Shown here: piece by piece, positions 58,288-64,000 of the stretch
Layout: each line of letters begins with the position of its first letter
Position numbering within the stretch: the first letter of the stretch is position 1
Origin: Treponemataceae bacterium
Lineage (GTDB): Bacteria > Spirochaetota > Spirochaetia > Treponematales > Rectinemataceae
NCBI GenBank assembly: GCA_963678065.2
Contig: CAXXVZ010000005.1
Span: forward strand, 960,001-1,024,000
DNA: 64,000 bases
Direction: 5' to 3'
Notes under the pieces: model-generated
What the model saw: only the letters and a program-made list of their open reading frames with translations
Database searches by the model: none
Told to the model about the DNA's origin: nothing
Made by a program: the position numbers and the translations under genes

Positions 58288-59781
58288 TCATGGGGCTCTC
58301 TCTCCGACCTTGTGCGCGCGCAGGGCCATGTATTGTTTCCCCGGCAGGGCGACGCGGAATGAACCGGAGAAGCGTCCGTCGAGTTTCGTTATCGTCATCT
58401 CCCATGTATCGAGTATCTCGCACTCGTACTCGCCGCCCGGGGGCAGGGAGAAGTCCCGGAAAAGCGGCCGGTTGAAGCCAAAATAAAAAAGGTAGTATTC
58501 CTTTTCCACGCCGCCCGAGGGCAGGTCCCAGCCCGACCAGCCGAAGGATATGGACGCCATTCCTTCCGCTGGCCCTTCCTCGGCGATCCGCCTCAGAAAG
58601 GCGATCCGCCGGGAACTCTCGCCGCGGAGCCTTCCGCCCTTGGACCACCACAGAATATCGTTCGGGTCCACGAAGGTTTCGCCGTGGCCGACATAGCCGC
58701 CGCGCACGTAGCCTTCCCAGCATCGCCGGACCAGTTCCTGGCCGGTGATGTTGCCCCAGCCCCAGTTTATGTTGCCCTCGTAGGCGCACTCGTCGATCAC
58801 GATGGGCTTTCCGTACTTCGCGCGCCACTCGTCCGTGTATTCGGCCGTCTTGTAGACGTCCTGCCTCTGTATGCTGCAATGCGTCACCCAGGGCTTCGAA
58901 TGGTCGTAAAAGGGCATGCAGTTGTGTATCGAGCGGAGGTGATCGTAGGGATCGATCTCGACGAGAATCCCGGCGAGGCGCTCCCAATCCTCGATCGTCT
59001 TGCCCTTTATCAGGTCGTACTCGTTCGCGAGGGACCACCAGAGATTGGGATAGGCGCAGAGGCGCGCGACGATATAGCGCAGGTATCGCTCGTCGGCCTC
59101 CTGGCCCATCGTCGAGAAGCCCCAATGATCGTAGGGATGAAACAGGATGAGATCCGCTTCGATACCGAGATCGAGGAGATCGCCTATCCTCTTCTCGAGC
59201 TTTCCGAAGAAGGCCGGCTTGAACGCAGTGAAGTCCCAGCCTTTTTCGGGCGAGCCCTCGAAAGGGAAGAGTTCGGGCTCGTCGCGGTTGTAGTCGTAGT
59301 GCTTCGGGAACACACAGAAGCGCAGCTTGTTGAAGGGCGAAGTCGCGAGCGTCGTGAGCGTGAGCTCCTGGAGAGCATCCGGCTGGTGCGTCCACGCGTA
59401 ACAGGTTGTTCCGAAGGGCAGATAGCGGGTGCCGTCCTCGTGGGCGAAGTGATAGCCGCGCGCGACTCTGACCGGTCCGTGCGCACCCGGGGCTGCCCTT
59501 TCGCAGACGAACGAACCGCGGTGGCCGTCCAGCTCGACACGGTTACTCGACGTCACAAAATCCCAGCGCCCTTCGTGGCCCGGCATGAATCGAATTTTGT
59601 ACACACCGCCACCGTCGTAGAAACCGCTCGCCACAACCGAAATCGAGGTCCCACAGGCGGAAAAATCCGCGCGCAGTTCGACATCGGTGAAGGGATTGCC
59701 GTCCGAAGGGCCATCGATCGACAGTTCGAAGACCTTCCACTTCTCCACCCGGCTGGCGTACTCCACTCTTTGCGTATTCAC
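58288..59781 (-). CDS. DUF5060/DUF4038/DUF5605 putative glycoside hydrolase (apiosidase-like catalytic domain)
   Basis: GNPF, GFYDG, GTTCYAW, WSLANEYD, SIHN, DECAYEG, HGET, DTWEM. GTG start. Confidence 0.78.
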   Translation of the reverse strand: MNTQRVEYASRVEKWKVFELSIDGPSDGNPFTDVELRADFSACGTSISVVASGFYDGGGVYKIRFMPGHEGRWDFVTSSNRVELDGHRGSFVCERAAPGAHGPVRVARGYHFAHEDGTRYLPFGTTCYAWTHQPDALQELTLTTLATSPFNKLRFCVFPKHYDYNRDEPELFPFEGSPEKGWDFTAFKPAFFGKLEKRIGDLLDLGIEADLILFHPYDHWGFSTMGQEADERYLRYIVARLCAYPNLWWSLANEYDLIKGKTIEDWERLAGILVEIDPYDHLRSIHNCMPFYDHSKPWVTHCSIQRQDVYKTAEYTDEWRAKYGKPIVIDECAYEGNINWGWGNITGQELVRRCWEGYVRGGYVGHGETFVDPNDILWWSKGGRLRGESSRRIAFLRRIAEEGPAEGMASISFGWSGWDLPSGGVEKEYYLFYFGFNRPLFRDFSLPPGGEYECEILDTWEMTITKLDGRFSGSFRVALPGKQYMALRAHKVGERAP

Positions 59782-59785
59782 GTGT

Positions 59786-60670
59786 CTACCCTTTCACGGC
59801 GCCGATGGCTATGCCTTTGACGAAGTACTTCTGGAAGAAGGGATAGATCGCGAGAATCGGTATGACCCCTATGACCGCGATCGCCATGCGCACGGTCGCG
59901 CTCGGGATCTTGGCGTAGGCGGCGCCGGCGTTGGCGCCGAGGTTGGAACTTGCGAGGAATTGAATATCGGTGATTATCCTGTTCAGGATATTCTGGATGT
60001 TGAAAAGCCTGTCGTCAGTGAGGTAGATGAGTCCGTTGTACCAATTGTTCCAGTAGTTGAGGGCCTGGAAGAGGCCGACCGTCGCAAGGATAGGCAGCGA
60101 AAGGGGAAGAACGATCGACACGAAGGTTTTGAACTCTCCCGCCCCGTCTATACGCGCGGACTCGATGACAGCCGCCGGTATCGAATTCGCGAAGAAGGTC
60201 CTCATGAGGAGGACGTTGAATCCGTTCATGAGGAGGCCGGGGATTATGAGGGCAAGAATAGTATTCTTGATGTGAAAAATTTGCGTGTACATGAGATAGG
60301 TCGGCACGAGTCCGCCTGAGAAAAGCATCGTGAAAAAAACAAAGAATGATCCGACCGTGCGAAAAGGAAAATCCTTGCGGGACAGAGGATAGGCGAAACA
60401 CGCCATGAGGCAGAGGCCGAGGACCGTTCCCACGGCAGTCACTCCGATCGTTATGCAGTACGCCCTGCCGATCTCCGCTATGTGCAACAGAAGGTATTTA
60501 TAAGCCTCGAGGCTCACATGCCTGGGTGCGAACGAATACCCATAGCGCAGGATATCCTGCTCGCCGGAAAAGGAAGAGATGACGAGAAGGACGAAGGGAA
60601 CGATGCAGGCGATGGAGACAAGTATGAGGACGGAGTGAGTCACTATCCTCCAGGGTAGCGGGCTTTTCAC
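59786..60670 (-). CDS. Carbohydrate ABC permease (LplC-like)
   Basis: FSGGLVP, IESARIDGAG, YPFFQKYFVKG. Confidence 0.93.
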   Translation of the reverse strand: MKSPLPWRIVTHSVLILVSIACIVPFVLLVISSFSGEQDILRYGYSFAPRHVSLEAYKYLLLHIAEIGRAYCITIGVTAVGTVLGLCLMACFAYPLSRKDFPFRTVGSFFVFFTMLFSGGLVPTYLMYTQIFHIKNTILALIIPGLLMNGFNVLLMRTFFANSIPAAVIESARIDGAGEFKTFVSIVLPLSLPILATVGLFQALNYWNNWYNGLIYLTDDRLFNIQNILNRIITDIQFLASSNLGANAGAAYAKIPSATVRMAIAVIGVIPILAIYPFFQKYFVKGIAIGAVKG

Positions 60671-60679
60671 GGCATCCTC

Positions 60680-61594
60680 CTAAAAAAGCGCGTTCTCGGG
60701 ATTGGTTCTCTTGACCAGGTAATTGGACAGAAGGACGATGATGAAACCCACGATCGACTGGTAGAATCCCGCGGCCGAGGACATACCGATGTCGCCCAAC
60801 TGCAAGAGACCGTGGTACACGTAGGTATCTATCACACTCGTAGTGTCGCTGAGCATGCCCGAGTCGAGGGGTACCTGATAGAAGAGACCGAAATCGGAGT
60901 AGAAGATGCGTCCGATCGCCATGAGTGTCATCATCGAGATGACCGGCACGATGAGGGGAATCGTGATCTTGCGGATCTGCTGGCCTTTGCCTGCCCCGTC
61001 TATCGTCGCCGCCTCGTAGAGTTCCTGATCTATGCCGATGATCCCGGCGTAATATACGACGCAGAGGAATCCGACATTCTTCCAGAGTTGCACGATCGTC
61101 AGGATCACCGGCCACTGGCGCGGCTCGTTGTACCACGCGACCTCGTTCAGACCGAGGAATGGCAGAACGCTCTTGTTCATGAAGCCCGTCTCGACGCTGA
61201 GGCAGGCGTACACGAGATAGCTCACGATGACCATGGAAATCAACATGGGGAGAAGAATGACGCTCTGGTAGAATTTCTTGGCCGCCTTGCTCCTCACCTC
61301 GTTGAGCAAAAGGGCGAGCCCGACCGCCACCACGAGATTCACGACGATGAAGACCGCGTTGTAGAGGATCGTGTTCCGGGTGATGACCCAGGCATCGGAG
61401 GTCGCGAAGAGGTATTTGAAGTTCTTGAATCCGACCCAGTCGCTCGCGAAGAAACCTTTCTCGTAATTGATATCCTTGAAAGCTATCACGAGGCCGATCA
61501 TCGGCAAATAATTGTTGATCAGGAAATACAGGAACCCCGGAACCATCATGATCGCGAGCGGGAGATACCTCGCTTTGAACCGGCGCTTTGCCAT
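60680..61594 (-). CDS. Carbohydrate ABC permease (LplB-like)
   Basis: WVGFKNF, LYEAATIDGA, SAAGFYQS. Confidence 0.93.
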   Translation of the reverse strand: MAKRRFKARYLPLAIMMVPGFLYFLINNYLPMIGLVIAFKDINYEKGFFASDWVGFKNFKYLFATSDAWVITRNTILYNAVFIVVNLVVAVGLALLLNEVRSKAAKKFYQSVILLPMLISMVIVSYLVYACLSVETGFMNKSVLPFLGLNEVAWYNEPRQWPVILTIVQLWKNVGFLCVVYYAGIIGIDQELYEAATIDGAGKGQQIRKITIPLIVPVISMMTLMAIGRIFYSDFGLFYQVPLDSGMLSDTTSVIDTYVYHGLLQLGDIGMSSAAGFYQSIVGFIIVLLSNYLVKRTNPENALF

Positions 61595-61625
61595 AGTCGA
61601 TCCGCTCCATACTCAAAAGACTGCA

Positions 61626-61659
61626 GGCCGCGTCCACTGCGCGTACAGTGGACGCGGCC
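61626..61659 (-). other. Perfect 14-bp stem-loop after the SBP gene
   Basis: GGCCGCGTCCACTG-cgcgta-CAGTGGACGCGGCC. Confidence 0.7.
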
Positions 61660-61678
61660 GGGCGTTGTGCCGACTCGG

Positions 61679-63136
61679 CTACTTCGAAGCCGCCGCCCAC
61701 GCGTCGATCTGCTTCTGCTTCTCGGCGGTAATCTTGTCGATACCCGCCGCCTTCAGGTCTTTTATGAGGGAGGGAAGGGTCTTGTCAGGATCGACCGCTC
61801 CGCACTCGACTGCGAGCTTGTAGCGGTTGAGGGCGTTGGTGACAGCCGCGATCTCGGTCTTCACCGAAGAGTTGTCGAACATGAATCCCAGAGCCTTCGA
61901 CTTGACCGCGCTCCTGTTGAACGAATCCAGCTCCTTGTAGAGGGTGGGAGAGTCGCCCTTCCAAACGTAGGAGAGGAGTTGGTTGCCGAACATCCAGCCC
62001 ATGTTGAGACCATAGCCTGTGTTGGTCGCGTCGACTCCCGCGGGGTAGTCGATCAGGCCGCCATCGATCTTGACATAGTGCTTGCCCTCGATGCCCCAGT
62101 CGAGGAGATTGATTATCGAGGGGTCGGAGTACATGAGGTTGAGGAACTGCACAGCCTTGTCGGGGTTCTTGGAGTTGCGGGGAACCGCCCACATGACGTT
62201 CGCCACGGAAGTCGTCGTAGCGAGAGCGGGCTGTATTCCCACCGTGACCATCTCGGTTCCGCACTCCTTGGTTTCCTGGGCGGTGATTCCCGGCTTCATC
62301 GTCGTCACGAAGGCGAAGAGTTTGCCGGCGCGGACGAGGGTGGTACTGTGGTCCTTGTTGGTCGTCGCGTCTTTCTGGAGGAGGCCCTCCTGGTACCAGC
62401 CGCGGATCTTCTTGACGAGGGCGGCGTACTCCGCGGTTTCGTAGAGGTTGACGACCTTCAAGGAGGAACCGCGGTCCATGAGGACGCCGAGACTGTCGCC
62501 CAGGACATCCCACGCGTACATGAAATCGACGAAAGACCGGCCTTCGATGCCGGGCGCGAGGGGAACGAGGTCGGGCTCGGCCGCGGCGATCTTGCGGAGT
62601 ACCACGGCGAGATCGTCGTAGGTCCTGATGGACTTGGGGTCGATCTTGTACTTATCCAGGATATCCTTGCGCATCGCGACGCCGAGGTTCGAGGCGAAAT
62701 CGCGGATCGAGGGGAAGGCGTAGCGCTTGCCGTTCATCTTCCCCGCGGCGAGGTATTCCGTGTCCATCGACTTGATTATGCCCGCGCCGTACTTGGCGAC
62801 GGACTCGTCGATCGCCGTCAGCTGACCTTTGGCGACTTGCGAGCCGAATCCCGTGCTGCTGGTGGATCCGGTCTCCATGAGGTCGAGCTTCTCGCCGCTC
62901 GCGAGCATAAGATTGGTCTGCTGGCTCCATGCGCCGAACGATATGGGAAGAAACTTGACGGTCGCCCCGATCTTCGCCGAAGCGATCTTGTTTACTTCGT
63001 CCTGGACGAGCTGAAGATCCTTGGGCGTGCCGCCGAAGGTAAAGAAAGCCATTGTGAGCTCAGTGTCAGCCGCCATGGCGACAAAAGGCACAATCAGGCT
63101 CAACAAGGCTACGAAAACCAACATCCTGCTTTTCAT
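61679..63136 (-). CDS. ABC substrate-binding protein (LplA/DUF3502 type)
   Basis: Signal peptide, LASGEKLD, WGIEGKHY, KAAGIDKITAEKQKQIDAW. Confidence 0.9.
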   Translation of the reverse strand: MKSRMLVFVALLSLIVPFVAMAADTELTMAFFTFGGTPKDLQLVQDEVNKIASAKIGATVKFLPISFGAWSQQTNLMLASGEKLDLMETGSTSSTGFGSQVAKGQLTAIDESVAKYGAGIIKSMDTEYLAAGKMNGKRYAFPSIRDFASNLGVAMRKDILDKYKIDPKSIRTYDDLAVVLRKIAAAEPDLVPLAPGIEGRSFVDFMYAWDVLGDSLGVLMDRGSSLKVVNLYETAEYAALVKKIRGWYQEGLLQKDATTNKDHSTTLVRAGKLFAFVTTMKPGITAQETKECGTEMVTVGIQPALATTTSVANVMWAVPRNSKNPDKAVQFLNLMYSDPSIINLLDWGIEGKHYVKIDGGLIDYPAGVDATNTGYGLNMGWMFGNQLLSYVWKGDSPTLYKELDSFNRSAVKSKALGFMFDNSSVKTEIAAVTNALNRYKLAVECGAVDPDKTLPSLIKDLKAAGIDKITAEKQKQIDAWAAASK

Positions 63137-63227
63137 TCACAACCTCCTCGTAGTAAAGGAACGATGATGCGGCATCCTAACCGACCCGGAAAAATCGCTC
63201 CACCCGAAGGCCGACGTAGGCCTACGC

Positions 63228-64000
63228 CTATTCCGACATTGCGCGCGACAGCGATACCGGCCCCAGAAGCCCGACAGGCTCCATCGCCATGTACAGCGAA
63301 ATCGGATCGGGCGTTTCCCGTACGAGGGTCGTCGTGATCTCTATACATATGTGGTTCATTCCCGCCCGCAGGAGGCCCGCCGCCCCGAAACGATACGGCG
63401 GACATATCCTCAGGCCGAGACGCTCTCCATTGACGAAAACTTCTGCCGTTTCACCGACCGAACCGAGATCGACGAGCGCGGACTCCGTGGCCGAATCGAG
63501 GACGAAGTCGGCCTCGTAGCGGATGCTTCCCGCGAAGCTCGGGCGGAGAGTCGAGACATCGACGAGTTCGTCCATCCCGATCTCTCCCGCGAAGACGGGG
63601 TAGTCGGCGGCCGACGCGAAAGAGATGCGCCACGGGCCCGCGATGGGTGCGGCCGCGCCGAACCGGATCGCGGAAGCGTGAGGACGCTCAGGCACCATCC
63701 CCATACTCGCCGGCAAGGAGCCGAGTATGAAAACTGCGGATTCATACGGCGAGAGCTCGAGGTCGAGCGAGGCAGAGCCGGGCGCGGAATCCCGCGGTGG
63801 GCGTACCGGAACGAGGGCTGGACCGAATCGAGCGAGATGTCGCCAAGCCCTTCGGAACGAAGGTAGGCGGCGAGTTCCCCGAGTGGCGCGACAGGAATGA
63901 CGGCCAGACGTTCGCCGTAGCCCGTGCCGGCGGCCCGACCGGCAACAGCGGCCTGACTTGCGCCAGCGGCCAGACCCGGGCCAAAGGCCTCATCGACGTT
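63228..64000 (-). pseudogene. 3' end of a large glycoside hydrolase (GH106/GH2-like sugar-binding C-terminus), frameshifted near 63790
   Basis: The C-terminal frame (LSPYESAVF, FAGSIRYE, LGSVGETAEVFVNG, GLLGPV) is closed upstream by TGA at 63990-63992. Upstream coding-like sequence lies in a different frame. Confidence 0.62.

Noticed and set aside
60812..63337. Long antisense ORFs (841 aa here; also 56271-58475, 52575-54164, 2828-4375, 6132-7490, 27755-29080)
   Set aside because: They are shadows of well-supported opposite-strand genes in GC-rich DNA and carry no motifs.

Overview
GC-rich bacterial chromosomal window, almost entirely accessory carbohydrate catabolism. The binding proteins with non-lipoprotein signal peptides suggest a free-living spirochaete, but this is inference only. 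I see no rRNA, tRNA, CRISPR, IS or phage genes. Modules: (1) the 3' end of etfA. (2) A divergent locus at 448-13544. Leftward: fucose/arabinose-isomerase family, class II aldolase, PfkB kinase, three xylose-isomerase-like TIM barrels, DUF4867 and an internally deleted Gfo/Idh/MocA gene. Rightward: IolB/KduI-like isomerase, sugar ABC and a LarA-family racemase/epimerase. (3) A DeoR locus at 15619-26847: ABC, arabinose-isomerase-like, amidohydrolase, FGGY kinase, atypical class III aminotransferase and UroD-family protein, with a 3-copy candidate operator. (4) A GntR operon at 26902-37378: Liv-type ABC, Zn dehydrogenase, two tandem transaldolase-family paralogs with non-canonical catalytic residues and an MmsA/IolA dehydrogenase. 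(5) A LacI cassette at 39275-48904: ABC, PfkB, GH4 and a large secreted PIG-L deacetylase. (6) A GlpA-like flavoprotein pair with a DUF1667 fusion. (7) MarR plus a heterodimeric ABC exporter. (8) A GH3, DUF4038/5605, ABC and frameshifted glycosidase locus. Modules 4 and 3 are the best candidates for undescribed pathways. Family calls come from recognising motifs by eye, and substrates are hypotheses.
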